A stretch of 64,000 nucleotides of DNA, taken from Euryarchaeota archaeon UBA552. GTDB lineage: Archaea > Thermoplasmatota > Poseidoniia > Poseidoniales > Thalassarchaeaceae. Positions 10,401-20,288 of the stretch are shown here, piece by piece. Every line of letters starts with the position of its first letter. Within the stretch, counting starts at the first letter, position 1. A program made the translations under genes and the position numbers. A model generated the notes under the pieces. The model did not search any database, was not told where the DNA came from, and saw nothing but the letters and a program-made list of their open reading frames with translations. Location: positions 15,195-79,194 of the forward strand of contig DAMH01000011.1 in assembly GCA_002499585.1 (NCBI GenBank). The letters are read 5' to 3'.

Positions 10401-13378
10401 TGAGTGGGAACGGCTCATCGCTCGTAAACAGAATCGGCTCGTCGCTACCGGTGGGAATTAATTTCCGACTGGACGGCTCAGACGATGGTTTCGGTCTGAA
10501 CTCGTTTTCGATAGCAACCAATGGGACGTGGAGCGTCAGGATGGTGCTTGATGGAGACACACCCAGGGGAAGCCATCTGGTAGAAGCTGTCTATTTGCCC
10601 GCTGTCCCCTACTTTTTGCAAAGCGAAGGCGCCGCAACCTTCGACAGCAGAGGATTTACTGCCACCACGGTAATCGATCCGCTGGACCTGGATCCAGATG
10701 GAAGAACCGTCCGAGGAGAAGACGTCACGATAAACGTCTCACTCATCGACAATACTGGGGATCCAGTTATCGCTTCAACAATCTCATTCTCCGTCAATGG
10801 ACAGTTCAATGGCACTGCGACGACAAATCAAGAGGGCATAGCAAGCTATACCCTGACTATAGATGACAAAACCAAACCAGGTTTCATGGAGGTAACCTCT
10901 ACTTTCCCCGGGCTCGCTGGGACCACAGGCCTCTCCAGCAGCACGGACACCGTGAGGATCGTGGTTTTAGCCCCAACAACAATCGATATCACATCGGTAT
11001 CCGGTACCGGAATAGCAGGGGAGAATCTTACATTCACAGGGACCCTGCTGGATGAACACGGATCCCAACTGATTGATTCAGACACACCTACCGCTGGGAT
11101 AATCCGTCTATCGGTGGATGGAGTTTCAATGGGTCCTGAATTCACTGTATTGAGTAATGCGACAACCGGTGAGTGGGAAATCACTATGACAATTCCCCTC
11201 GATGTGGTGTACGGATCACACAACGCGACCTTCGAATTCCTAGGCGGATTCACATGGGTGGACCCCATGGGCCAGGGCGATTCCCTGAATCCTGAGTTCT
11301 ACCTTCCGTCGAACTCGACAGTCGAGTATAATGCCACCCAGAATTCTCAGGTCATAATAACAACTCCTCCAACCAGTGTTGATAGGAACGACCTCTTGCT
11401 CATTGAGGGCAGAATAACCGACGGAATCGGACGTGTCCTTCCCGGCAGGTCGGTCTCTATTTCGATCGAAGGCAACTTTGTCACAGACTCAGTTGCGGAC
11501 AACGAGGGCAACTTCTCAGTATTCCTGCCAATTCCTTCTGACATGGAATTAGGTCCGAGAGTTGTCCGTGCAGCCTTCCTCGGAGAGATCTTCGTCCTGC
11601 CATCAAACGGTAGCACTGTTTTCACAGTTTACGCTCCTACCACCATATCGCTCGACCAAATCAGTCCTGCGGCTGTCGGAGATAAGATATCGATAACGGG
11701 GACCGTGAGTGACAACCTCCCTGGGGGTTTCATTCCCAACCACACTGTTGAGTTGGCTGTAGATGGCGTGTTCATCGGAGCCACGCTGACAGATCAAAAT
11801 GGGTCCTGGAACTTGCAGTGGACAGTTCCGGATTCCCTCGAGGTTGGGAATCATACGGTCAGAGTCACCGTGCCCCAACAAGGATATTACAGGGCGAGCA
11901 TGACCGAGGAAACACTCTCAATCGCATATCACACATCAATATCGCTCGAGATAGCCCAGCCTTCAGTGACCCGCGGGGATTCATGGATCGTCACCGGGAG
12001 GTTGTATGACGATGATACGATAGGCTCACCGGGCTTAGAAAACAGGGATCTCCTGGTTCAACTGGATGGTAATCTCGTTGCCGCTACGGTCACAGGGGCC
12101 AATGGCCTGTTCTCTCTCGAGATTCCAGTCGAAATTTCCGCCGCAAGGGGAGAGCACCTGATATCCATACAATACGAAGGTGAGACCCTGTACCTCCCTG
12201 CCACATCAAATTCATCTGTTATCGCCAAGTCGAATGTGGAGATTCAAGTCATATGGTCCGACGCCAGCGTCATCAGAAGTGACCCCAACAATCCAATCAA
12301 GATCGAGGGGAGGGTCCTAGAGGTAGGGGGAGATTCCGAAATCATCCGTGATATCGACGTTACCCTGTCGTGGAATGGCCAGGTCAAGCCCTCAACGCTG
12401 AGATGGGACGATTCAACCGGCCACTTTGAAATCGAGGCTCCATCGCTCGCCTCGTACCCCCCGGGCAACCTTGAGATGACCATCACCGCATCACCCCCTG
12501 CATCCCTATTCATGAATGAGGGCAATGTCAACTACACGATTTTGATGAGGGTGCCTGTTTTCTTCAACTTCGAACCTTCGTCATTCATCATATACGATGG
12601 CATCAGAACCATCGAAGGTAGAACGATTGTCACCGCCCAGGACACAAACGAGTTTGTAGAGGGGGTTGCGATAACAGCAATCCTCGTCAACAACACAGGG
12701 GCTGTGTTTACAGTCACAAAGGCGACGGATTCTGAAGGAATTGCAGATTACTCATTTTCAACTGAAGACCCAATACCTGAATTCTCTCGATCTGGTTATT
12801 GGGGGGACTTGAGCATAGAATTCAGCACCGACTCCGAGATCATAGATCCACAAGACAGAATTTGGCTAACAATCGCGCATGGAGGCCTGAACATCACATA
12901 TTTCGTCGAGGACTCACCGCTACTTAACCAACAGACCCTGATCATCGTATCGATTTTCAGCATCATAGCCCTCTCCACTTTGTTCTACTCGCGGCGAAGG
13001 AAGGCAAAGCGGCTCCGTGAGTTTTCAAACATATTTGGCTATGCAGCAGAACTACTCGCCGCCGGGGACGAAATAAGGGAAGCCATCTTCAACTGCTACG
13101 AGGGTTTGGTCTCTGTTCTGCAAAAGAGAGGGTTTCTCAGAAGAGACTTTGAGACTGTGAGGGAGTTCGAGGTTGCAATTAGGAAAGCCCTCCCGATACG
13201 GGAAGAGGCCCTAATTTCCTTAGACAGAGTCTTCGAAGAGGCCCGTTATTCGTCACATGAGCTTGGAGACTCAGAAAGGGCCCGCGCTAAGGCCGCACTA
13301 AGTGATGTATTGAGGGCAATAAGTGAGATGCAGGATGTTCCAGATAGGTCGGCGGAGTTAATCGAAGATGACTACTAA
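4445..13378 (+). CDS. Giant surface protein: DxDxDG (TSP3-like) Ca-binding repeats + TgpA-N-like region + transglutaminase-like domain + Ig-like stalk + TM + DUF4129-like tail
   Basis: 2977-aa ORF; many DTDGDG/DGWE..GLDP repeats; YYRWYTFDEY; GSCDEYASTFALMLRTVGIPARKVTGF; repeated GRLxD/TxxxGxF modules; TM then ETVREFE...FEEARYS. Confidence 0.85.
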   Translation: MQSVQGIADKRSAVLLVALMLMSSLAILHIGTMRAAASLDADGDGLAYGLEFYINTQPQDWDSDDDGLPDGWEWKYGLDPLSPNDLNGSTGDPDGDLLTNLNEYLWGIPAGWDDVSTPTVLDNGVWWNGTVPVSDWDEESAMQIIQGNGTDGADEDPAGNICTNGFDDDYDGLVDSADPDFDGDADCASNDDDGDGLIDEDVDGWDTDGDGMDDGWEIAFGLDPTDGTGQDGAYGDPDNDGLLNLWEYVNPAWTTRDGSTFPPTQYFQPGPDIGTQTETPCDPVLSLGPGGCAFLTAEVDSITFTDPFSNDTDGDGLNDSREALVLLTDPTSVDTDRDGIPDGIEVNGSYGSPPLASDPRNNNTDGDPFDDGVEDLNFDGDVDPGETDPTRIEDDGDEDEDGIPNYIENITCTKWDVPDTDFGGIDDGTEGDIHGTDPCKSDTIVNRTITDFDLALLQITLNSTDGIPSGPNWRNPEQMLGIYVTSDGSRTPFRWLRIDNLSIDQIEPPPPNNTVWVNVLNGSWCWNNTAGAINDPWCDDDYADTDGDGLADWEETLSTYGYFSNPLAIDTDSDGVDDWTEVWLDGTDPGEPCSNRLDTDSDGLNDYFENTTGCDLTFASNLLTNGSTDGWVTLWNVSDTDQGGVGDLGEYLDGTNPQNNPSDDMNPLDTDGDGVPDLNEEQDGTDPLDPDSDGDGIPDGEEAALGLDPLNYSSAFDPDQIIVTGFNEGGTANISAPQYYRWYTFDEYLNGSWGLNQSSYGLTQILLEEEISLGTADVSVWGGNTHSWQINYYVPGFAQPGKHLVLPHNTLSFSSLVQPDASLNLTNSTRDVIVDNNMIESLLIEAPDYNVSAVQKQESLPKSSSAYGLYYPLTNETNRTASISSEVISQAGAFSAWEKIEAISNFLTNGNATVQFQWSASGSGFKQQTGSENGPTDISTWILDSARIGSCDEYASTFALMLRTVGIPARKVTGFAGGVQDLDSNSVSFYGRHLTSWVEANLQTNENLGGIDLGWQPFQACPPPPPLSLIEVVRTTGEHDRDGSDQLFFEARLVYTENGTPVSDSPVNGHLIPQSIATENSFYTALSSFGTTQTNETGWFRINSNVTTMSYPRPGLAVFVIEVLGVNSAPYSLFTSTGGIAQSPSFMWGLNLSDDPSISFLSPLPTSLPPVGAGVTTDLEGRFMWENLDLSDPSDLDDEITGASAFTLSLEYTTVSQGTVNLTANVTDLGFFQFPVTVDENEPLGPLNARVWFSGWREDGQDLSSTPPHLRPKGMNFQMNVTLAPDLAITMEGGYQNASLLGINENVSINGSALSRGGTPEPMNGTLFMDIRSAASTGDFTSITSWYLNDSAWASQAGFFQITWNFSENRVPIPSGLVDVRFRYLADGLSASDFEIFDNEYGIYGYLNFDYALEPSLRGVETTLQVSVTDHTNTPLQPYSGAFTLDYDGAQLWSQNGSQTSTLDVTWTPGSGVSVPPGDYTWVLNYSGSQYLKPSSVVDLHRLQAEAQATWSLDRDWFHRNTTGWVNGTLVDSILGTPVLGNNTSVRVDISVPDTSDSADQSQGTVQVPFTQGWLDTASGNFSIQFTTPLNLRSSVYELQINFDFLQGLEDEGGAYYVMPFDGSLFSSIGIETEFVITPVSAQVEVIAGEDFEVAGLVTDVSDNSPIADVEVSLWLDLSGLNETILGFGNSSSDGTVTFNTTMPSTIPPGNIQLTMIIQDDLSDSLDQEDPSRRTGNDSQMDAIVIVPSGIAIDSSPPSVVAGQSFTVTGRVLDAVDNNRTVDGPMALQVRFLNDESEILVQSVLSADNGSFSLVVPTDPQMDGVSSGNKTLVISIINGSTPFYLTSSATTDILVVGVTDFVQTQPSTSTTVDRGESVSFSAVLVESSNSDAPIVGAEVAVRFHHTWITPEITSNNGSVIFQFGVPNDHPLGLIEIKFQFNGSTVLLASNSSIFRLTVRSDTQLVIDPISANPTAGGSFEISGTLLSGNGSSLVNRIGSSLPVGINFRLDGSDDGFGLNSFSIATNGTWSVRMVLDGDTPRGSHLVEAVYLPAVPYFLQSEGAATFDSRGFTATTVIDPLDLDPDGRTVRGEDVTINVSLIDNTGDPVIASTISFSVNGQFNGTATTNQEGIASYTLTIDDKTKPGFMEVTSTFPGLAGTTGLSSSTDTVRIVVLAPTTIDITSVSGTGIAGENLTFTGTLLDEHGSQLIDSDTPTAGIIRLSVDGVSMGPEFTVLSNATTGEWEITMTIPLDVVYGSHNATFEFLGGFTWVDPMGQGDSLNPEFYLPSNSTVEYNATQNSQVIITTPPTSVDRNDLLLIEGRITDGIGRVLPGRSVSISIEGNFVTDSVADNEGNFSVFLPIPSDMELGPRVVRAAFLGEIFVLPSNGSTVFTVYAPTTISLDQISPAAVGDKISITGTVSDNLPGGFIPNHTVELAVDGVFIGATLTDQNGSWNLQWTVPDSLEVGNHTVRVTVPQQGYYRASMTEETLSIAYHTSISLEIAQPSVTRGDSWIVTGRLYDDDTIGSPGLENRDLLVQLDGNLVAATVTGANGLFSLEIPVEISAARGEHLISIQYEGETLYLPATSNSSVIAKSNVEIQVIWSDASVIRSDPNNPIKIEGRVLEVGGDSEIIRDIDVTLSWNGQVKPSTLRWDDSTGHFEIEAPSLASYPPGNLEMTITASPPASLFMNEGNVNYTILMRVPVFFNFEPSSFIIYDGIRTIEGRTIVTAQDTNEFVEGVAITAILVNNTGAVFTVTKATDSEGIADYSFSTEDPIPEFSRSGYWGDLSIEFSTDSEIIDPQDRIWLTIAHGGLNITYFVEDSPLLNQQTLIIVSIFSIIALSTLFYSRRRKAKRLREFSNIFGYAAELLAAGDEIREAIFNCYEGLVSVLQKRGFLRRDFETVREFEVAIRKALPIREEALISLDRVFEEARYSSHELGDSERARAKAALSDVLRAISEMQDVPDRSAELIEDDY

Positions 13379-13791
13379 TCTCTATCGAAAATTAGGCTCA
13401 ATGCGTTTTCGGAGAAAAATGCACCAAGAAGCCTGTCTGCACGCGGGTGGTTCATCAATGCCAGCTGCATTCCAAAGCCATCAGTAACCATGACTTCCAC
13501 CCCCTTATCAGTAACTCTTTGATACACATCGACTCTGTCATATTGCTCGGCGTTTATGGATATTAGACGGCCTTTTACAGTCTCCGTCTTCACTTGTGAG
13601 GGTTCACTAATGCTGTTGGATAGTTTCAAAACAGGTGATTTCTGATGATACCATCCTGCTTCTGAATGCCCGAGATGGTCTAGAAATGCCTTATGATTTT
13701 CCTCAGCAGTAGTTTCTAAGCCCTTTGAACTGAGCGTATCGTAAACGTCCAGCCTTGATGCAAGCAGTACCTCAACGGGACCCCAATCCAT
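13375..13791 (-). CDS. Hypothetical protein
   Basis: 138-aa ORF filling the gap downstream of the helicase; 4-nt convergent overlap with the giant gene. Confidence 0.65.
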   Translation of the reverse strand: MDWGPVEVLLASRLDVYDTLSSKGLETTAEENHKAFLDHLGHSEAGWYHQKSPVLKLSNSISEPSQVKTETVKGRLISINAEQYDRVDVYQRVTDKGVEVMVTDGFGMQLALMNHPRADRLLGAFFSENALSLIFDRD

Positions 13792-13826
13792 GATTGCCCT
13801 ACTACAGGGGCGTCAATTAACCTATG

Positions 13827-15791
13827 TTATGGATATCGTGAAAAGAACCTTCTGACGAGCCTGCCCGTAACATCAGAATCTGCGCTGGGGATCGTTATGA
13901 TGTTCTTTGGGAGCAGCTTGGAATATGTCCTCTCCAAGAATCTATTTTCCAAGAGTACTAAAATTGCCCTGTCGTCTTCTTTTCTAATCGGCCTTCCGAT
14001 CGCCTGCAGAACAGAGTTCACGGCCGGTTGGCCAGAGGAGTATCTCCAACCCTTGTCTCTGCCATATCTCTTTGACATGTATTCAATGGTCGCTCTTTGG
14101 CGTGAGGATGGCGGAGGAACTGGAAGGCCCACAGCGACAACTGCGGAGAGAATGCCGCCGGAGTAGTCAACTCCCTCCGAAAATCTTCCTCCCATTACAC
14201 CAAACAAGACGGTCTTAGTCCGGCTGTCTGTCAGGGACCTGATGACCTTTGAAACATCAGATTTTGACATTCCTGATTCTTCATCCTTGATTCTGAACGC
14301 CTTTGGTATCCAATCTGTAGTTTCAATAATCTCTGACATCATAGCGTAGCTCGGGGCGAACACAGCTACGTTGCCCGGAGTTTGATCCAGAACTTCCTTG
14401 ACATGAGACCTTATTCTCTTCAAGTTCTCTTTTCCTCTTTTGGTGTATTTGCTGGTTACATCGGAACATATGATGATCGGCCTCCTATCTTGGGCGAATG
14501 GCGAACTGTAGGCCCTCTCTTCATAAGAACCCGAAGTCAAACCAAGCATGTCACCATACATCGATGTCGGGTGCAGCGTGCCCGACATGAGAACAGAACC
14601 CTTCGCTTTGGATATAATCGTCGAGGATATCACCGCTGGATCGAGTAAACAGCTGGTCACCCTGCCCTCATCACCGACTAAATCGAAGACGAGTGCCATA
14701 GCATCGGATTTTTCAAATCTCAATATCGTCTCAAGAAAAGCAAGAAATCTCAAACATGATGTCCCGGTTTCTTCCTCCCCATCGCTGTCGTCGATTGTAA
14801 CCTTGCCAAGGAGAATTGAAAATTCCCTGAATGTAGAGCTCCAATCATTAGTTGTCAATGAGGACAAGAACGAGGTTTTGATCACCTCTACGAGATCCGA
14901 AGCCTCCACTAAAATGTCATTGTGTTCAGAATCGTCGATATCATCCATCTTCGTCGCCATCCAGGACGATACCTCTTCTTCGATTCTCTTGAAACAACTA
15001 ATGGCCACAGATGATACCGCAATGTCTTCGTGCCCAACTTTATTTTTCTCCAGGTTCTCCTTGTATTCCTCCACTTCATATCTTGCAGATTTGATCATTT
15101 TAACAGTAAGGCGAAGTTCCAATCCCATTTTTATGCGATCAGGAAGGTTGTGGGCCTCGTCGATTATCAGTGATGAAGATTGCAGATCGATAGACATGGA
15201 AGAGAGGGACGATTCACTCACAGACTCAACGAAAACGTGGTTGTAATCCAATACAATTACTTCGGCTTCCCTGGCGGCTTCTATGGAACATGCATATGGG
15301 CATACCCCCTCCACCTTGGCATTTCTTATGGTCTCCTCTGCATGTCTGGGCTCGCTCAATATCCACCTACGCAAGAAAGAGCGACGGGCACCTAGAGCCT
15401 TCTCGTTTTGACCTTCTTCACAGAAGCACTTTCTGTCTATTGTCAAGTTGCCACACATTGACTCCCGACCGATCAGGTCTACTACCGTGACTTCGGGGGT
15501 TCCCGCTGGTACCTTTCGATTTAATTCACGTAGTGTATCGATGACAATTCTATGTTGGCTTTGCCTTCCTGTGAGGAATAGGAGCTTGTCGACGCCCTCT
15601 TTTCCCCTCATGACCGAGAGCGCAGAAGAAAGAGATGCTGCGGTTTTACCAAGGCCCGTTGGAGCCTCTGCCACAATGGACTGGCCATCCTGTAACGACA
15701 GATATGCATCCCGCATGAACCTATCTTGTTGATCTCTGGCCGCCTGGTGGGCGAAATATTCCGTCCACGGCCCGTCCGCACCTGCATGCAC
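13827..15791 (-). CDS. XPD/Rad3/DinG-family Fe-S DNA helicase
   Basis: Q motif RDQQ, EAPTGLGKT, four Cys (GRESMC..CFC..CPY), DEAH, SGTL, EGVDY, QAIGRPIR. GTG 15791 preferred over 15875. Confidence 0.9.
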   Translation of the reverse strand: MHAGADGPWTEYFAHQAARDQQDRFMRDAYLSLQDGQSIVAEAPTGLGKTAASLSSALSVMRGKEGVDKLLFLTGRQSQHRIVIDTLRELNRKVPAGTPEVTVVDLIGRESMCGNLTIDRKCFCEEGQNEKALGARRSFLRRWILSEPRHAEETIRNAKVEGVCPYACSIEAAREAEVIVLDYNHVFVESVSESSLSSMSIDLQSSSLIIDEAHNLPDRIKMGLELRLTVKMIKSARYEVEEYKENLEKNKVGHEDIAVSSVAISCFKRIEEEVSSWMATKMDDIDDSEHNDILVEASDLVEVIKTSFLSSLTTNDWSSTFREFSILLGKVTIDDSDGEEETGTSCLRFLAFLETILRFEKSDAMALVFDLVGDEGRVTSCLLDPAVISSTIISKAKGSVLMSGTLHPTSMYGDMLGLTSGSYEERAYSSPFAQDRRPIIICSDVTSKYTKRGKENLKRIRSHVKEVLDQTPGNVAVFAPSYAMMSEIIETTDWIPKAFRIKDEESGMSKSDVSKVIRSLTDSRTKTVLFGVMGGRFSEGVDYSGGILSAVVAVGLPVPPPSSRQRATIEYMSKRYGRDKGWRYSSGQPAVNSVLQAIGRPIRKEDDRAILVLLENRFLERTYSKLLPKNIITIPSADSDVTGRLVRRFFSRYP

Positions 15792-15846
15792 AATTGTTTT
15801 GTCGTATTCGGCCGAACAAGAATATTGGGTTCCGGAGGATCGATCG

Positions 15847-16014
15847 TCAGCAATGCCGTGACATGTCGATACCACGCCAGATGTTATTATTTCCTGACGT
15901 TCTTTGATTATCGCTCTTCAATCGCGCAATTATTCCATTAAAGGGTCCTGAGGGTGTGGAGGAGCAGATTTCCTGCTCCTCCACGACATCCGAGTGCATC
16001 CCATCCCCACTCAT
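15847..16014 (-). CDS. Putative 55-aa small protein downstream of the RHH gene
   Basis: ATG preceded by GAGGTG that overlaps the RHH stop; MSGDGMHSDVVEEQ...; no family recognised. Confidence 0.4.
   Translation of the reverse strand: MSGDGMHSDVVEEQEICSSTPSGPFNGIIARLKSDNQRTSGNNNIWRGIDMSRHC
15956..15984. repeat. Perfect 12-bp inverted repeat (hairpin)
   Basis: GTGGAGGAGCAG-ATTTC-CTGCTCCTCCAC. Confidence 0.85.
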
Positions 16015-16024
16015 TGTCTCCACC

Positions 16025-16384
16025 TCATGCTTGTAATGAATCATCATCGTTGGCTGTACTTTCAATTCGGGCCTCAAGAGCCCTGTCAAGAGCATTAGAA
16101 AGTGATATCTCCCTTTCCATGTACAACCTAGCTCCAGATTGCAATACGCTCCCCACGTCTTCTCCTCTGTGGTCGCAGAATCTATTCAGGGTTCTCGAAA
16201 GATCAGACCCTATCTTCACTTCGATCTTGTCTGATGTGAAATCTCCTCCAGATAGGAACCTGCGGACTGACTCCCTGATAACATCAGAGCGATTCCTGAA
16301 TCCATCGGTCCCAACCCTTTGATCTAACTGTAAAATCTGCTCTTCTGTGAGTCTGATCGAGACCAAGGCAGTGGGAGTGACCAT
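16025..16384 (-). CDS. Ribbon-helix-helix (CopG/Arc/MetJ) regulator, probably two tandem RHH units
   Basis: VSIRLTEEQILQLD...RNRSDVIRESVRRFL, then a second beta-helix-helix unit KIEVKIGSDLSRTL...VLQSGARLYM. Confidence 0.8.
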   Translation of the reverse strand: MVTPTALVSIRLTEEQILQLDQRVGTDGFRNRSDVIRESVRRFLSGGDFTSDKIEVKIGSDLSRTLNRFCDHRGEDVGSVLQSGARLYMEREISLSNALDRALEARIESTANDDDSLQA

Positions 16385-16423
16385 AGCGACCGTGAGTCAT
16401 CAGAAGGACGGGCAGTATATCAA

Positions 16424-16454
16424 TGTATCACATTTGAAATACAATTGTAATACA
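16424..16454. promoter_or_regulatory. Three phased TGwAwhACA boxes, candidate RHH operator
   Basis: TGTATCACA (16424), TGAAATACA (16435), TGTAATACA (16446): exact 11-bp spacing in the divergent promoter region. Confidence 0.55.
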
Positions 16455-16508
16455 AATTTGAAACTGGCCAATCTGCTATCCTAAAACCAATTTGATGATT
16501 GAATTCAA

Positions 16509-17846
16509 GTGCAATACGTCACACGAAGCAGTGTGAAGGTCATCAACGATGCCATTCATGGCGACTTCTCCTTGGAAGGTGTGAGGGAAGAATTACTGGC
16601 GACACCCGAGTTTAACAAGTTGAGCCATATCAAGCAATTGGGATTGGCACACCTTATTTTCCCGGGCGCCCATCATACGAGGTTTGAACATTCACTGGGC
16701 GTTTCTCACGTTGCCGGCCTGATGGCGGATTCCATAGGACTCAGCCCGACAGAAAAGCAAATCGTACAGGTTGCGGGCATGCTGCACGATGTAGGTCATG
16801 GCCCATATTCACACACATTAGAACACATTCTGCATAGCAGAGGCGGTAAAGATCACATGAGTATAACAGAGGGTATAATCACAGGCTCCTATGACGTCGT
16901 TGGAGAGACAGAATCTGTTTCTGTCGGCCCTCGCCAATCAATCCCTGAGATATTAGAGAAGCACGGCGTTGATCCAAAGGAGGTTTCGAGACTTATCAGG
17001 GGTCCAGACGCATCTGGCACAGAGAGAAGCTTATTCGATTGGGAGGAAGGCGGCCAGGAATTCCATTCAGAAGATGTGACTCTAGCGAACATGGTCCATG
17101 GGCCGGTGGATTGTGACCAAATAGACTACCTGATGAGAGATGCGCATTTCACAGGGGTAAAACACGGATCAATTGACCATATGCGGCTGATTCGGTCTCT
17201 TCGTAAGAGAGGAGGTAACATAGCGGTCGACGAAGGAGGATTGGCTGCATTGGAGGGGATGCTGATGGCAAGAGGTCTGATGTACAGTGCAGTCTATTTC
17301 CATAGGGTCACGCGAGTCACAGAGGTGATGTTATCCAGAGCGGTCGAACGGAGCGAAGAGAACCTTCCAGATGCCGAGGAGATGCAAAGAAAAATAGACT
17401 CAGAGATATGGGCTGACCTCAATAAAGCAGGAGGGTATGCTAGGGACATCATCACACGACTGAAATACCGAAAATTGTTCAAAATAGCATCTACATTCCG
17501 CAGAGAGGACCTTACAAAAGATCAAGTTTCGAGTCTGGGGAAAATTGCAACCAATCCTGAACACAGGAGGGCTGTGGAAGACGATATCGCAAAAAGGGCC
17601 GGGCTGGATCCAGGCTATGTCGCCGTTGATGTCCCCAGTGCAAAACTACTGTTGTCAGAGCCGAGAATGAGTCAGGTCGATGTTCGTATAATCGGGGACG
17701 ATGGAAAGACCAGATGGTTACACGACCATACTCCCATAGCAGATGCATTGAAACGCAGGCAAGTAAGCCAATCAGTCGCTTACTTGATGACCATTCCCGG
17801 TCATGAAAAAAAGGTGTCTGAACTATTCCAAAGACACTTAATGTGA
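16509..17846 (+). CDS. HD-domain phosphohydrolase (SAMHD1/dNTP triphosphohydrolase-like)
   Basis: INDAIHG, IKQLG, FPGAHHTRFEHSLG, LHDVGHGPYSH, DCDQIDYLMRD, MYSAVYFH. Confidence 0.9.
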   Translation: MQYVTRSSVKVINDAIHGDFSLEGVREELLATPEFNKLSHIKQLGLAHLIFPGAHHTRFEHSLGVSHVAGLMADSIGLSPTEKQIVQVAGMLHDVGHGPYSHTLEHILHSRGGKDHMSITEGIITGSYDVVGETESVSVGPRQSIPEILEKHGVDPKEVSRLIRGPDASGTERSLFDWEEGGQEFHSEDVTLANMVHGPVDCDQIDYLMRDAHFTGVKHGSIDHMRLIRSLRKRGGNIAVDEGGLAALEGMLMARGLMYSAVYFHRVTRVTEVMLSRAVERSEENLPDAEEMQRKIDSEIWADLNKAGGYARDIITRLKYRKLFKIASTFRREDLTKDQVSSLGKIATNPEHRRAVEDDIAKRAGLDPGYVAVDVPSAKLLLSEPRMSQVDVRIIGDDGKTRWLHDHTPIADALKRRQVSQSVAYLMTIPGHEKKVSELFQRHLM

Positions 17847-17942
17847 TCATAAAATTATGCTAACTAGAGTACCATTCAAAAGGGGAGTTCGGGTACGCGT
17901 GAGCGGAGGTACCAAAGTCAGGAACCTTCAGATGAGATGTGA

Positions 17943-19301
<1,359 letters not shown>

Positions 19302-19308
19302 AACGGGA

Positions 19309-19314
19309 TTTTTT
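19309..19314 (+). terminator. Oligo-T tract after gdhA, candidate archaeal terminator
   Basis: TTTTTT beginning 8 nt after the gdhA stop. Confidence 0.35.
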
Positions 19315-19376
19315 GCGTCCTAAACTTAAGACCGCGTCGAGCAACATTCATTCGCCTCCGAGCCTGGGGATAGGCT

Positions 19377-20288
19377 ATGTCGGAGATGATTTATCACGGG
19401 AAAGTCAAGCAATTGTGGTCTACGGAGGACCCGGACGTCATTGAGTTCAGGTACACTGATCAGATATCCGTGTTCGATCAAATTATTCCCAGCCTAATAC
19501 CCAGGAAAGGGGAATCACTCAACAGGACCTCATGCCACTGGTTCGATTTAGTGAAGTCCAGGGGAATCTGTGAAACCCATGTTTTGCATATGAGCGCACC
19601 TGACAGACTCGTTGCAAAGAGATTTGACGTTATCAGAGAACCCGGAGCAATATCCCAAGACAGGCAGAATGTATTCGTGCCGTTAGAGGTAATCTGCAGG
19701 CACTACCTAGCAGGCACGGCATGGAGAAGATTCAACAGAGGCGAACTGACCTACCAAGAGCTGGGCTTTGAAGAACCCGGACAGGTCTTCGAGGGCGTTA
19801 AACTGCCAACACCTTTCCTTGAGGTTTCTACAAAGTTTGAGGCATTCGATCGTAATTTGGATCGGGATGAAGCGTTGGAGATATCCAATCTACGCCCAGA
19901 AGAGCTGGACGATATCTTAGCCATCGTTCTAGAGATAGATGACTTGATCCAAGAGGAGGTGGGCAAAAGGGGGCTCATCCACGTCGATGGAAAGAAGGAA
20001 TTCGCCTTAGGCCCGGACCGTACCCCCATTCTGGTAGACTCTTTCGGAACATTGGACGAAGACAGGTGGTGGGATGCAGAAGCTCTGAAAGATGGTAAAA
20101 TCGTCCAACTTTCCAAGGAGTTCGTAAGACAGCACTACCTCAGCACAGGCCATCACTCAGAACTCAAAAAAGCTCGGGATTCAGGTGCCGAGGAACCGCC
20201 TATACCCCCTCTGCCACAGTCAATAATAGACGAAACGGCGCAATTGTATGCCAACATGTACGAAAGACTGACTGGCAAAAACTTCTAG
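19377..20288 (+). CDS. purC: SAICAR synthetase
   Basis: YHGKVK, TDQISVFD, IPRKG, PLEVICRHYLAG, VDGKKEF, DEDRWW, LSKEFVR. Confidence 0.92.
   Translation: MSEMIYHGKVKQLWSTEDPDVIEFRYTDQISVFDQIIPSLIPRKGESLNRTSCHWFDLVKSRGICETHVLHMSAPDRLVAKRFDVIREPGAISQDRQNVFVPLEVICRHYLAGTAWRRFNRGELTYQELGFEEPGQVFEGVKLPTPFLEVSTKFEAFDRNLDRDEALEISNLRPEELDDILAIVLEIDDLIQEEVGKRGLIHVDGKKEFALGPDRTPILVDSFGTLDEDRWWDAEALKDGKIVQLSKEFVRQHYLSTGHHSELKKARDSGAEEPPIPPLPQSIIDETAQLYANMYERLTGKNF

Noticed and set aside
14548-15246. 232-aa ORF antisense to the helicase, and many similar shadow ORFs (e.g. 9973-10560, 23270-23905, 25339-25935, 42903-43487)
   Set aside because: Mostly Ser/Pro/Ile-rich mirror frames expected opposite acidic genes; no motifs.
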